A stretch of DNA of 64,000 nucleotides from the IMG/VR virus record IMGVR_UViG_3300025635_000023. One strand, written 5' to 3'. Below the pieces are notes generated by a model. The model saw only the letters and a list, made by a program, of their open reading frames with translations. It made no database searches and was not told the DNA's origin. Shown in pieces: positions 9,548 through 19,131 of this stretch (the first letter of the stretch is position 1; the number at the start of each line of letters is the position of its first letter). The DNA is from an uncultured virus (IMG/VR IMGVR_UViG_3300025635_000023). Taxonomy: Duplodnaviria > Heunggongvirae > Uroviricota > Caudoviricetes. The position numbers and the translations under genes were made by a program.

Positions 9548-10222
9548 ATGAAACCAGTACAAATTCCCTTGGAAATGGGGACGTATGGGGCAACGACCCC
9601 AACTTTTGCAGTAGACAAGACAGGGGCGATCTATACCACGACGGTAGGAAATCTTCGTGGAAGTGGCCCGTGGGGTACTCGTTTGTGGAAGATAGAGGTA
9701 GGCAAAAAAGCACAGCAGTTGTTTTTCGCCCCGGGAAATATTTCTTTAATTTCTGTAGACGGGAAAATGATGGTCGTATTTACCGACCCGTCAAATGGAC
9801 GAGGTTATAATGCACCGACTTTTTATTTTGAACTTCCCGGGTTTATTCCTGCTGAGTCAGCAGTCTCGGGTACCACTGTTAACATCAATGATGCACAAGT
9901 TGCAGAGATGAAGCTTGCAATTCAAACTGCAACCACATTGGCCAATCGTGCGGTAGCAGCTGGCGATAGTGCTGCGACACTTACAAGTCAGGTGAACACG
10001 CTTGCAAATCGCATCGATGATTTAGAAAATCAAATTCGGCAGTTAGAGGCCCAGAAGCCAGCTCAATCGCTGTCCAAACAAGAAATTGCGGACCTCGTGT
10101 GGTCAAAAATCTGGGATATGCTTTGGATTCTTCGACAAGATATGTCAAAAGGTACAGCCAGTGATCCCAATTCGCAAGGATGGATCAACGATCTCACCGC
10201 GTTTATTAAAAAGGTGCGGTAA
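9548..10222 (+). CDS. Hypothetical protein with C-terminal coiled coil
   Basis: 224 aa ORF with RBS AAGGAGG. Confidence 0.7.
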   Translation: MKPVQIPLEMGTYGATTPTFAVDKTGAIYTTTVGNLRGSGPWGTRLWKIEVGKKAQQLFFAPGNISLISVDGKMMVVFTDPSNGRGYNAPTFYFELPGFIPAESAVSGTTVNINDAQVAEMKLAIQTATTLANRAVAAGDSAATLTSQVNTLANRIDDLENQIRQLEAQKPAQSLSKQEIADLVWSKIWDMLWILRQDMSKGTASDPNSQGWINDLTAFIKKVR

Positions 10223-10638
10223 TGCAAACGTTCGCTATTAAACCTTTTTTCGATTTTCGTGATGAGTCGTGGCCAAGTGAGGTGAGTGTCGATTTACCGA
10301 GTAAATCAACTGTCAGTGTAGAACAGTACGCAAACTTTGTGTACTTCCATGTACACTACAATCTTGCCATGGAGACAATAGTTAAGCGTACCGTGTGTCT
10401 AATTGTGGCCGGGGAGGCTATTCCTGATGCTTATGAGCATATTGGTACACTTGTACCATTTCTCTCAGTTGACGAGGGGGGAGAGGTAGCTGAACAAGGT
10501 GATGAGCCACCAACAGAGATTGGCCCGCTTACTGAGGAAGATTTCTACAGTAATTATCGTATAATTAACGTATACATCGCGCCAGAGACTCCAGCAAAGT
10601 TACCACTGGCAGCGTGGTCGTTCGGGAGGGACAAATGA
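10222..10638 (+). CDS. Hypothetical protein
   Basis: TAATG coupling to the upstream gene. Confidence 0.65.
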   Translation: MQTFAIKPFFDFRDESWPSEVSVDLPSKSTVSVEQYANFVYFHVHYNLAMETIVKRTVCLIVAGEAIPDAYEHIGTLVPFLSVDEGGEVAEQGDEPPTEIGPLTEEDFYSNYRIINVYIAPETPAKLPLAAWSFGRDK

Positions 10639-10940
10639 TCATAGACATAGAGAACTTGGAGCGATTGACCACTATTATCGAGTCAATTGCTACTGAGACA
10701 CGAACCAGCCTCATTGCAATGGAGTATACCATTGATGAGATTAGACAACGTGAGGAGTTGTTTTCCCGCATTAGCACTGCAGCAAAAATGACTCATAATT
10801 ACTTAGACTACTATGTTAACGTGTATGAAGGTAGTGATCCTATCTTGTTTCTGCAGGAGATCGAGGCAAAACTACCGCAGACTGAAAAGGAAGGAGTAGC
10901 AACACTCAAGGATCTAATGACATATACAGGGGAACTCTAA
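10635..10940 (+). CDS. Hypothetical protein
   Basis: GGAGG RBS, ATGA overlap. Confidence 0.65.
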   Translation: MIIDIENLERLTTIIESIATETRTSLIAMEYTIDEIRQREELFSRISTAAKMTHNYLDYYVNVYEGSDPILFLQEIEAKLPQTEKEGVATLKDLMTYTGEL

Positions 10941-11320
10941 TGGTAGAGGTACTTCATGCACAGGACTTAAAAAATCCCGAGTGGACAAGCGTGATTATGG
11001 GGGTACTTTCATTATCAGTACCCCAGCACGTCTCGCTTCAGATTGAGGACGCAGTGCTTGATGAGTACTTACGGCCATATCTAGTGGATATTACCGTAGA
11101 GCTTATCAATATGTGGAATGAGTCGCAAGGTATTGAAGATCGTTGGTATATTATTGAAGGGAATTTGTGGAGAAGTGGCCCGGGGGATAGTATTGTCAGT
11201 GCAGTACCGGAGGAGGTAAAAAATATACCCCCTGTTACTGGTGATGAAGATCTAATTGGTTATGACGAAGAGTACATCAAACGTCTTATTGATTCAACGG
11301 AGGAGGAAGGAATTACATGA
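10940..11320 (+). CDS. Hypothetical acidic protein
   Basis: TAATG coupling. Confidence 0.65.
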   Translation: MVEVLHAQDLKNPEWTSVIMGVLSLSVPQHVSLQIEDAVLDEYLRPYLVDITVELINMWNESQGIEDRWYIIEGNLWRSGPGDSIVSAVPEEVKNIPPVTGDEDLIGYDEEYIKRLIDSTEEEGIT

Positions 11321-11706
11321 ACAGCACATTTGTCTATGAAGAGAAGCACACACTCGTAGCTGGGGTTAAACTGCTTGTAAGTGTATCACGTTTTGATGAC
11401 CGTGATCCTGTTGGTACGCTAGTGCTGCATCAACTTAATCAGCACACTACGCTGTACGAATCGAGTTACCCTGAGGCTAACACGCCTGAAGGATTGGCCA
11501 AAGCTATTTTGATGCTGCAGGCACAAGCAGCCAGTGAGTTGCATTCGTGGGCTGAGAAAATAATCCCGCGGGGTACTGTATCTGAATTCACAAAAGATAC
11601 TATATCCCAATTAATGCACAAGTACAGTCTGATCGAAGGAAATTCACTTGCCGCTTATACTAATAAGAACAATACAAAGAAAGAGGACTACTATGGCGGA
11701 CCGTAA
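11317..11706 (+). CDS. Hypothetical protein
   Basis: ATGA overlap, purine-rich RBS. Confidence 0.65.
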   Translation: MNSTFVYEEKHTLVAGVKLLVSVSRFDDRDPVGTLVLHQLNQHTTLYESSYPEANTPEGLAKAILMLQAQAASELHSWAEKIIPRGTVSEFTKDTISQLMHKYSLIEGNSLAAYTNKNNTKKEDYYGGP

Positions 11707-11872
11707 AAAGAAGAAGTGTGGGTGTGAAATATCACGCACTCACACCATTCTCTGCGACTTTCACGCAAACGAGCAGATGGAAGAAGCAGCAGCGCGACTT
11801 GAGGAGAATGACTACTTCTACAAGGCTATTATGAAGGAATTGGCCAAGCAGCATGAGAAGGAGCAGGAGTAG
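11693..11872 (+). CDS. Small hypothetical protein
   Basis: MADRKKKKCGC start after GAGGA. Confidence 0.55.
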   Translation: MADRKKKKCGCEISRTHTILCDFHANEQMEEAAARLEENDYFYKAIMKELAKQHEKEQE

Positions 11873-11877
11873 ACTTT

Positions 11878-12231
11878 ATGAGAAGGAATGAGTATGACCG
11901 GCTTACACGGTATCGGCCGTTTTACCAAAAGAATATGGAGCTGATAGCGAATGAACTTCAAAACGTGCATCGGTACTACTTTCACCAGCAGGGTGATCAG
12001 AATAAAGTCCCGGGCGTACTTCAGGAATTTATCGATACAGAGACAACACCATACAGATGGATAGAACTTACGCAAGAGACACGGTTTATGCCCACAGTAT
12101 TTGAACCACTCCTACAGCTGAACCGCTGCTGGATTGTGAATTTTGATGATCCATCACAACTACTGCGAATCGTGTGCTCGGATGTCAATCTGTACGATAA
12201 GTTGCCCGGCGTATTTTGCGAGTTAACATAG
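11878..12231 (+). CDS. Hypothetical protein
   Basis: AGGAG RBS, in operon. Confidence 0.6.
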   Translation: MRRNEYDRLTRYRPFYQKNMELIANELQNVHRYYFHQQGDQNKVPGVLQEFIDTETTPYRWIELTQETRFMPTVFEPLLQLNRCWIVNFDDPSQLLRIVCSDVNLYDKLPGVFCELT

Positions 12232-12244
12232 AGGAGTAACACTT

Positions 12245-12457
12245 ATGAGTGAGATTGCAATTCACATCGAGCATCTAACACACAACAATACCGCGTATCA
12301 GATTATAGAGACAAGCACTGGACGTTGGATCATGTCTATTAAATGCTGGATAATTGGCAAGTACATATACGCCGCGTTAAACACGCGAGACGACGCAATT
12401 CAGTGGGCGCATACGTACATTGATACCGTAGGGCCAGAACCCAAGGAAGATTGTTGA
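12245..12457 (+). CDS. Hypothetical protein
   Basis: GAGGAG RBS. Confidence 0.6.
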   Translation: MSEIAIHIEHLTHNNTAYQIIETSTGRWIMSIKCWIIGKYIYAALNTRDDAIQWAHTYIDTVGPEPKEDC

Positions 12458-12723
12458 TGAGTACCACGCAGTATGAAGCGTTTATTTACGGTACGTCGTA
12501 CATCATGGATATTCCCAATGACCAGCATCGGCCACATAGAGGTCACGCTGCGTTATTTGCAGCACAGCATCATTGTAAGTGTGACGTGTATTCAATCCGG
12601 CGGGAGTATTCAACGAAAGGATTCATCTATCGAGTGCAAATGAATTCCGGCGAGGTACTGCTAATACGAGTACAACGTATATCCAATAACAAGAAGAACA
12701 ATAGGAGAGAGTACAATGACTGA
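12457..12723 (+). CDS. Hypothetical protein
   Basis: TGATG coupling. Confidence 0.55.
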   Translation: MSTTQYEAFIYGTSYIMDIPNDQHRPHRGHAALFAAQHHCKCDVYSIRREYSTKGFIYRVQMNSGEVLLIRVQRISNNKKNNRREYND

Positions 12724-12994
12724 ACCTTTTGATACGTATGTGTATATCAACGATACTCTTGGATACTCAATACGAGTGGTTGCCTTGAGCCAATCTCAAC
12801 ATCGATGGCTGATCACATTGCAGTTTCTTGGCCAACCTGAAGGCCCTGACATCGCTTATCTACAATTTGAGAAACGACCGCCCAAGGCCACCGTTCTTAA
12901 GCTGACCCGCAATGCAGTACGCAACTATTTAAAAGCACTGGCGGAAGATACGAAGAAGAGCCAGTTTATGGGGAGTTACACCTTCGTAGAATGA
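12716..12994 (+). CDS. Hypothetical protein
   Basis: AGGAG RBS; last gene before a terminator. Confidence 0.6.
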   Translation: MTEPFDTYVYINDTLGYSIRVVALSQSQHRWLITLQFLGQPEGPDIAYLQFEKRPPKATVLKLTRNAVRNYLKALAEDTKKSQFMGSYTFVE

Positions 12995-13012
12995 TAGGCT
13001 GCGTTATTGAGT

Positions 13013-13050
13013 GCACTGCATCTCTTCACAGGGATGCAGTGCTTTTTATT
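13013..13050 (+). terminator. Intrinsic terminator ending the + strand replication block
   Basis: GCACTGCATC...GATGCAGTGC followed by TTTTT. Confidence 0.75.
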
Positions 13051-13265
13051 GAGAAAAAAGAGCCTATGCACATGATCTGGGGTATATGTTTTAAGGGTGC
13101 TAATTGGTCATGTTCGTTACTTTGTCCGGACATTTGGACATTCGCATAAAACTACGTATGATATAATTCCCGCATTCGTTTAAGAATTCCGCATTTAAAA
13201 GCCTCAAATCGCTTATGTTGTGGTCAGCGTGATCGTTGACGCAAGCGCAGATACTATACATAAAG

Positions 13266-13328
13266 TTATCCACATGTTATCCACAATATCAAAACTGTTA
13301 CGTAAACATTGACATAAAGTTATCCACA
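13266..13328. promoter_or_regulatory. Cluster of three consensus DnaA boxes (TTATCCACA)
   Basis: Exact 9-mers at 13266, 13277 and 13320; a fourth, reversed, at 13712. Confidence 0.7.
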
Positions 13329-13570
13329 TTGACAGTGAAGGTGTGAAATATGCTCGAAAATAATACAAAAGTGGCCAGAAAGTCCTGTGTAATGCGAAAA
13401 GCAGGGGTAAAACGACACTGTAAGTATTTATAACTTTTATGTCTACAGCGTTTTAGCGCATTGTGATGCCTAAATCGACGATTGGCCATGTTTTAAAGCA
13501 ACATTAGTTCGGTAATGTTGTTTTGCAAAATATTTACACAATCACACAATGATCGCGCCGCCGGGCTCGT

Positions 13571-13622
13571 CTCCCCCGAGCCCCCTCTCGCAAATTTATG
13601 TTCGCCTCCCCCGAGCCCCCTC
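13571..13622. repeat. 17-bp direct repeat CTCCCCCGAGCCCCCTC, two copies
   Basis: Copies at 13571-13587 and 13606-13622. Confidence 0.8.
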
Positions 13623-13735
13623 CTGCGCCTACGACAATTTTCCGAAGGGTGGGTGGGTGGGCACCTTGGGGAGGGCACTACGGGCAGCGCGGCATCAAGC
13701 CGCCGGCCCTGTGTGGATAAGACAACCACTGTAAT

Positions 13736-13777
13736 AAAAAAAGGGAGAACCGGTTGCGCTAGCAACCGATCCTCCCT
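13736..13777 (-). terminator. Intrinsic terminator ending the - strand early block
   Basis: Imperfect hairpin GGGAG..CGGTTGC/GCAACCG..CTCCC with an A-run on the + side. Confidence 0.6.
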
Positions 13778-13786
13778 AATGCTGAA

Positions 13787-14335
13787 CTATTGGCCAAGCG
13801 CCTCATCGCGGAACGCGTTCTCCAAGTCGGTTATGCCGAATCGCGTGTCAATCTTCCGACGTATTGGATCGTTGGGGTTTGTTGTATCTGTACAGTACGC
13901 CTCGTATAGAATGTTATCGGCCGTGTATACAATACCACCGGTATTGTCGCTACCGTCGTAGAACTCGGCATATACCTGATACCCGAGCGGAACAATGTTG
14001 CGATAAAACTTTATTGGCGCGGACCACGCTGTAAAGAAGCTGACGCATACTGTGGGCTGCCAGCACGCATGCTCTTTGTAGAAGATGTTGTTGATGGTCA
14101 CTTCATGGACGTCAGCGTCCTGTTTTGTTCCCCAGCCTGCGAGGCATAGGTTACGAAGTACGATTTGCTCATTCTCCCATAGCTCTCGTTTTTGGCTTTC
14201 GCTGTAGAGCTGAATTGGCCACAAATGATTGAAAAGACTGCCCTTGTTAATTTGTTCCGCTAGTTTTTGAAGACGTCCGTCGCCCTCAGATTGGGCTACG
14301 GTGAGTTCGAGATAGTTGTCTACTAAATTTGGCAT
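13787..14335 (-). CDS. DUF1281/YubB-like ferredoxin-fold protein
   Basis: MPN..DNYL, GWGTKQD, FFTAWSAP motifs. Confidence 0.65.
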   Translation of the reverse strand: MPNLVDNYLELTVAQSEGDGRLQKLAEQINKGSLFNHLWPIQLYSESQKRELWENEQIVLRNLCLAGWGTKQDADVHEVTINNIFYKEHACWQPTVCVSFFTAWSAPIKFYRNIVPLGYQVYAEFYDGSDNTGGIVYTADNILYEAYCTDTTNPNDPIRRKIDTRFGITDLENAFRDEALGQ

Positions 14336-14341
14336 ATGCTC

Positions 14342-14563
14342 CTACTTTGCAAATGGCCCGAGTGCTTCGATTTCACTCAAGGTATAGTCTTCTACGTCGG
14401 CCTTACTAATGGTTGTGAATGAAGGCTGGCCGTCTTCGTCGGTCAGTGTGTCTTCTGCATATCGGCAAGACCAGATTTCTTCATTCGAGATAAGACGTTC
14501 TAACGCCTCACCGAACCTAATCACATGGAATCCTTTGCGGAATGCTTGTTCTCTGTCAGTCAT
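14342..14563 (-). CDS. Hypothetical protein
   Basis: MTDREQ start after AAGGAG. Confidence 0.6.
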   Translation of the reverse strand: MTDREQAFRKGFHVIRFGEALERLISNEEIWSCRYAEDTLTDEDGQPSFTTISKADVEDYTLSEIEALGPFAK

Positions 14564-14620
14564 GTTAATCTCCTTGATGTACAGGGAGGCAGTGGGTACC
14601 TCCCTGCACACAAATTGCTA

Positions 14621-15433
14621 CTAGTTGTGCATGATGAAGACTGTAGACCCTGCAAGGCCAACAATCTTATTTTTCTTACGATACAGCATGTAATCGCCGT
14701 ACTTGTGTACATGCAGGCGCTCTGGGTCGAGCGTTGCACACCAGCCACACTGGGCACAGCTTGGTGTCTTACCCATCAGCTCAGGGCATCCAGTGACCTT
14801 TTCACCGAGTGAGCGAATGAAAGCTACTGCTTCTTGGTACTCAGCTTCTGGTACCGCGTAGGCAACGTGCCATCCTTTCTCAATGGCTAGTTGAGCGTCC
14901 TCCCGCGTTTGTACAGATGCGAGAAAAATTTCCTTGAGTGGTTGAGCATTCTCGAGTTGCCAACAAGCGGTGAACCCAATCAGTGGGATACCAACGTCCA
15001 TGAACTTGGCCGCTGTATCAACGATGAGTTCTACGTGTTCTTTCCACACTTCACCAGTGTGTGGATGAAGTATGTCACCTCCGGTATGCCATCGGAACAA
15101 GTCATAGATGCGGTCACCACTAATGTGCTGAGACAGTATTGTGTCAATGCGGGATCGGACACGAATCAATCCCAAGTCATCGAAGGTAGCACCTTCGTAT
15201 GCTTTCTCAGTGGTGGAGAAGCGTACGTGCCCTTTTGTGGCATAACACGCTTTGAATCCCGCTGGTCGATTTTCCACGATGGAGTTTGGGTGGAACATGC
15301 AGGTTGTGGGGCATGTTGGCCCAACCCAGCTGTACGTAGTACCTGCAGTAAACTTTCCGGATATTGGTCCGACAAGTTTAAGGTTGGCCGAGTCCATGAT
15401 TACCTTCACTGGGGTAGGTGGCAATTTAGCCAT
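14621..15433 (-). CDS. Cys-rich phage protein (mycobacteriophage gp88-like, possible Fe-S protein)
   Basis: TCPTTC, ACYATKG, FRWHTGGD, CPE...CAQCGWC; start re-set to MAKLPP after AAGGAG. Confidence 0.6.
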   Translation of the reverse strand: MAKLPPTPVKVIMDSANLKLVGPISGKFTAGTTYSWVGPTCPTTCMFHPNSIVENRPAGFKACYATKGHVRFSTTEKAYEGATFDDLGLIRVRSRIDTILSQHISGDRIYDLFRWHTGGDILHPHTGEVWKEHVELIVDTAAKFMDVGIPLIGFTACWQLENAQPLKEIFLASVQTREDAQLAIEKGWHVAYAVPEAEYQEAVAFIRSLGEKVTGCPELMGKTPSCAQCGWCATLDPERLHVHKYGDYMLYRKKNKIVGLAGSTVFIMHN

Positions 15434-15452
15434 TGTGCAATACTCCTTGCAA

Positions 15453-15794
15453 TTAGCGGTCATCAATATCGAGCAATTCTCGATATCGTGGTAAATAACC
15501 CTTACGTACGAAGATTTTGTGAAGACGAGCTTGAGACTCATCAACGATTTCTTGATACTGTGGGTGGCGGTATACTTGTGCACCGTTGAGCCACTTCTCC
15601 AAGGTGACTCGTCCTTGTCCCGGTATCGTGCGAGACTCGATGATAGCCTCTTTGCCCGGGCATAGTTTGGTTCCATTCTGACATAAGTAGCGTATTACCC
15701 CCAGTTTCGGAGAGTTGGAGTACCAATTGCCGAATTTTGGCCGTGGGTACCAACACAGAAACTGAAGAAGTAGATACGTTTGGTAGTCAGTCAA
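15453..15794 (-). CDS. Hypothetical protein
   Basis: TTG start after AAGGAGG. Confidence 0.5.
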   Translation of the reverse strand: MTDYQTYLLLQFLCWYPRPKFGNWYSNSPKLGVIRYLCQNGTKLCPGKEAIIESRTIPGQGRVTLEKWLNGAQVYRHPQYQEIVDESQARLHKIFVRKGYLPRYRELLDIDDR

Positions 15795-15832
15795 GGTTTC
15801 CTCCTTCTAGTGCGGTGAGAAAAGAAAATTCT

Positions 15833-16159
15833 CTATACACACGATTCATTCCGCACATATTTTGTGTGGAGTGCGAGATATGTGGGGTCTGGTGTGATGC
15901 CGGGAACCTCCCACACATGAAACACAACTGAGCATTGTCGATCACCGTCGATTACGAAGCGAGCTTCTACGTCGTATGGTGGTTTGTACTGACCGAGATT
16001 ACCCGGCACGTACTTATTCGGAAGTACCTCAATTGTCAAGTCTTCGACCATTTCTGGTGCAAAGACTTGGTTGAGAACGACCTGAGCCCCACGCTCGAGT
16101 GTCACCTCGGAGCATGAGACCCACTCGGCATTCGGACATCGCCATGTCATACTGTACAT
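15833..16159 (-). CDS. Hypothetical protein
   Basis: TAATG coupling to the ArdC-like gene, GGAGG RBS. Confidence 0.6.
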   Translation of the reverse strand: MYSMTWRCPNAEWVSCSEVTLERGAQVVLNQVFAPEMVEDLTIEVLPNKYVPGNLGQYKPPYDVEARFVIDGDRQCSVVFHVWEVPGITPDPTYLALHTKYVRNESCV

Positions 16160-17010
16160 TATTCACCTCCTTTATCGAGATACTGTGCCGCCTCATTGGC
16201 CAATTTGAGAGCACGACGAACTACCGTCTTGTCACTCTTTAACTGGGAGTGCCAGCTATCCAAATACGACAAGATGTTGGCGTCCGACTCTGGAGTTATA
16301 CCAAGTGTTGTTGACACAAATACGCTACCGAGCTCTGCCACGAGCTCTTCGAATGCGTACGCGTCACCACGGTGATTGGTCGGGTCGATACGTCCAAGTC
16401 GTTGCGGATGACCCGTCCAGTGTACTGCCTCGTGCGCGAGGACTGCCCAGTAATTGTCCTCTACTGGGAAATCAGCGATTGGCGGCATCGTAATCTCGTC
16501 CGACGTGGGGCGGTAGAACGCCTCACTGCCTGTGTTGACTACGATATTGTGTCGCTTTACTAATCCAGCGAAGTTATTGCGGACTTGTTTGTTCGACTCC
16601 ACCTGTGTAGCAGTTGGTGGCTCCCAGCCTTCGACTTGGCTAGAGTTGAAGACTGTAAAGTGGGCCCAAAATGTGTACTCGCTAATAACCTCGCCTGACT
16701 CTTTGTCTTTCTTCTCCACGCGAGTAGGATTTTTGACAAGAGTGAGGCCACCCTCACCTTTTCGTACTGTTGCGCCCAACTCATTCCATTGCTTCAGCGT
16801 CGCATAGTACTGAGTGTGCTCGACACCGGAGAACGCCCGGTACACGGCCAAGTACATGGCGTTGTTACCGCTGTAAACGTGATTGGTCAGTGCGTTTTGT
16901 GCAGCACCGGTCTTCCACGGCCGTACCCAACGTTGGGTCTTGATACCGGCCTCGATTGCCTCCACCAGTTTTTCCGCGAGCATTTCGCTTGGCATTTGCT
17001 TGCTGTTCAT
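16159..17010 (-). CDS. ardC: ArdC-like antirestriction/ssDNA-binding protein with zincin-like domain
   Basis: WVRPW, YSGNN, TLKQWNELGATVRKGE, FTVFNSSQVEG, HEAVHWTGH..RLGR, YAFEELVAELGS. Confidence 0.88.
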   Translation of the reverse strand: MNSKQMPSEMLAEKLVEAIEAGIKTQRWVRPWKTGAAQNALTNHVYSGNNAMYLAVYRAFSGVEHTQYYATLKQWNELGATVRKGEGGLTLVKNPTRVEKKDKESGEVISEYTFWAHFTVFNSSQVEGWEPPTATQVESNKQVRNNFAGLVKRHNIVVNTGSEAFYRPTSDEITMPPIADFPVEDNYWAVLAHEAVHWTGHPQRLGRIDPTNHRGDAYAFEELVAELGSVFVSTTLGITPESDANILSYLDSWHSQLKSDKTVVRRALKLANEAAQYLDKGGE

Positions 17011-17041
17011 CGCAAAACTCCTACATAAAAAAAAGTATAAT

Positions 17042-17075
17042 TGGCGAAAAGTTACTGTTACCCCGCCACTCAGTG
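17042..17075 (-). repeat. Intergenic structured motif A, copy 1
   Basis: Minus strand ACTGAG-TGGCGGGG-TAACAGTAAC-TTTTCGCCA; other copies at 18574 and 19092. Confidence 0.8.
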
Positions 17076-17079
17076 CGAA

Positions 17080-17481
17080 CTAGGATGAGAGAACGTCTCT
17101 TACCCACTGATTCTCATCCATTCCGATGTCGTCATCTTCTAATTCGAAACGGGCTTGTACCCACTCTTGAGACTCGTATGGGCGCTCACGGTTGAGTGCG
17201 AACTCCGTATTGTCTTTACTGACAATATGGATGTAGACTGAGTAGTGATCCATGAGGATACGTCTTGCAACATGCAGTGCGTCCACGTAGTCTCCAGATG
17301 GCCAATGGGATGGTGCCAACGCCACTGCCTTTACGGAAACTGGCTGTGGTGCTTTAATGCCAATACTCTCAAGTCCGATTACAGCCGACTTCTCAGCGTT
17401 CTCAATGCTGTTCGCCCACACGTTTAACGCAAGCGAAATCCCGCCTTCCCATTCGATTCGTACTTTGTGGTACATAGTCAC
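17080..17481 (-). CDS. Hypothetical protein
   Basis: AGGAG RBS; in early operon. Confidence 0.6.
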   Translation of the reverse strand: MTMYHKVRIEWEGGISLALNVWANSIENAEKSAVIGLESIGIKAPQPVSVKAVALAPSHWPSGDYVDALHVARRILMDHYSVYIHIVSKDNTEFALNRERPYESQEWVQARFELEDDDIGMDENQWVRDVLSS

Positions 17482-17493
17482 TCCTATAAAAAA

Positions 17494-18039
17494 TTAAAAA
17501 CCCACAATCTCCCAGCCCAAAAACTCATTGCGACCGCCCGGAAGTGCCTCGTCCGGACTCAGACCGTACATGAACACATCGTCGCCTTCTTCTGCGGTAT
17601 GGTCACGGCAGAACTTCATTGTGTGGATAGTGTCATCGCCGTCGTATTTCACTTGACGAGTGAAGTAACGGCTACCACTCTCCGCAATGAACTGGTTTCC
17701 CTGCTCCACTAGGTATTGATGAAATCCGTCCAGATTTACACCCGCGTCTATTAGCTCTTGCTGGAGCCAGCGTACGTGTACCCAGCGCCACGGGTGGATG
17801 TTCCCAGACGCGGGGTCCTCGTACCCCATGTGGGCCAAAACCCCCTCCACGGCCATTACGGCTGCGTGGAGGTTGTTTAGGCTTTCCTTGTTCTTACCAA
17901 ATACAAGGACGCGGTCGGCTGTGCCAAGTGGATTTTCTGTTATCAATACGTGCCCGTCACGGTCGTTGAACACGTAACGCATTCCCGGCAATCGGCCAAT
18001 CTTAGAAAGCAGTTCGGGCGCAATCTTATTCTTGCTCAT
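17494..18039 (-). CDS. Hypothetical protein
   Basis: Likely start MSKNKIA just after the upstream stop. Confidence 0.6.
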   Translation of the reverse strand: MSKNKIAPELLSKIGRLPGMRYVFNDRDGHVLITENPLGTADRVLVFGKNKESLNNLHAAVMAVEGVLAHMGYEDPASGNIHPWRWVHVRWLQQELIDAGVNLDGFHQYLVEQGNQFIAESGSRYFTRQVKYDGDDTIHTMKFCRDHTAEEGDDVFMYGLSPDEALPGGRNEFLGWEIVGF

Positions 18040-18040
18040 C

Positions 18041-18544
18041 TTAAAACCCCCATACACTAGATTCAATCGATTGAATTGTAAATTCCCCATCCAAGTCGTA
18101 TCCCACGTCGGCGCCTTCAGGCAGCCAATACGCAATACCGTCTTTACGGTATGACGTATCGTGGATTTGATGTATCTTCTGTGAGTCATCGTAGTCGATA
18201 CCGATCACGACATAATATTCACACGTTTCGCCGTTTTTATCAACGGCCACGATTTTGTAAGTGCTGTCCATGAGGCGTTCTCGTTCCATGCCAAATTGTA
18301 TCTCACGAACGAACCGTTTCTCGCTCATGTGGAAGTATTCTTCCACACGGTTCTGCGAGCCATCTCCGTCGGATGGAAAAAGACCACGCAGGACGGTCTG
18401 CATGTCTGCAATCCAGTTGTAACTGCCGTCCATTGTGAGGGCCTTTTCGTACAGAGCATGTTGAATTGTGTCTGCGAGCTCTGTGCATTTTTCGCTAGCG
18501 AGGTCGTGCAACTGCTTCAGTTGCTCTTGTGTTGGTTTGCTCAT
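18041..18544 (-). CDS. Hypothetical protein
   Basis: MSKPTQ start after GGAGG. Confidence 0.65.
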   Translation of the reverse strand: MSKPTQEQLKQLHDLASEKCTELADTIQHALYEKALTMDGSYNWIADMQTVLRGLFPSDGDGSQNRVEEYFHMSEKRFVREIQFGMERERLMDSTYKIVAVDKNGETCEYYVVIGIDYDDSQKIHQIHDTSYRKDGIAYWLPEGADVGYDLDGEFTIQSIESSVWGF

Positions 18545-18573
18545 CTGAGCCTCCATACTAAAAAAAATACAAA

Positions 18574-18607
18574 TGGCGAAAAGTTACTGTTGCCCCGCCA
18601 CTCAGTA
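18574..18607 (-). repeat. Intergenic structured motif A, copy 2
   Basis: Near-identical to 17042-17075. Confidence 0.8.
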
Positions 18608-18611
18608 CGAA

Positions 18612-19058
18612 TTAGCGCTGATAGAGTGTTAGTTCCCAGCGCTTGGTCTTCTGGTTGAATTCCTTCACTGCGTGTGGAATATTGCGGTTTTTGACCCACA
18701 ACAAAAGTCCATCATAATCTTCGCTATCCAGATACTCGTCAACTTCGTTGTTTTCATCTTCTGTCATTCCTCCTTCTGGCCAATTGAAAACGACCAGTTT
18801 ATCGCCTCCTCGCGAGCCATCACTTCCCATGTAGAAATCGACAGGGATACTCGGTGTGCCGGATCGACTCAGCGCTACCATGGCACGTACGGCGGTCTCC
18901 ATGCTATAGTCTGTGCCGTACTCCAATACCTCATTACCAATTGTGAACCGGTGGCAATGTTTTTTAATCCCGTGGTATTTGAGACCCGGAATCAACGCCA
19001 TTTGGACACGAATTTCCTTACTTGCGGGTGCAAGCTTTTCATAGTAGTCTCCACACAT
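18612..19058 (-). CDS. Hypothetical protein
   Basis: AAGGAG RBS. Confidence 0.6.
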   Translation of the reverse strand: MCGDYYEKLAPASKEIRVQMALIPGLKYHGIKKHCHRFTIGNEVLEYGTDYSMETAVRAMVALSRSGTPSIPVDFYMGSDGSRGGDKLVVFNWPEGGMTEDENNEVDEYLDSEDYDGLLLWVKNRNIPHAVKEFNQKTKRWELTLYQR

Positions 19059-19091
19059 AGTACAAACTCCTTAAACTAAAGAAAATATAAA

Positions 19092-19127
19092 TGGTGGGAA
19101 AGTTACTGTTGCCCCCACCGCTCAGTA
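19092..19127 (-). repeat. Intergenic structured motif A, copy 3
   Basis: Same loop CAACAGTAAC with compensated stem GGTGGG/CCCACC. Confidence 0.8.
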
Positions 19128-19131
19128 TGTT

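Noticed and set aside
13298..13961. Track ORFs in the 13.0-13.8 kb gap
   Set aside because: No RBS, low-complexity translation of repeat and G-tract DNA, and overlap with a terminator and an opposite-strand gene.
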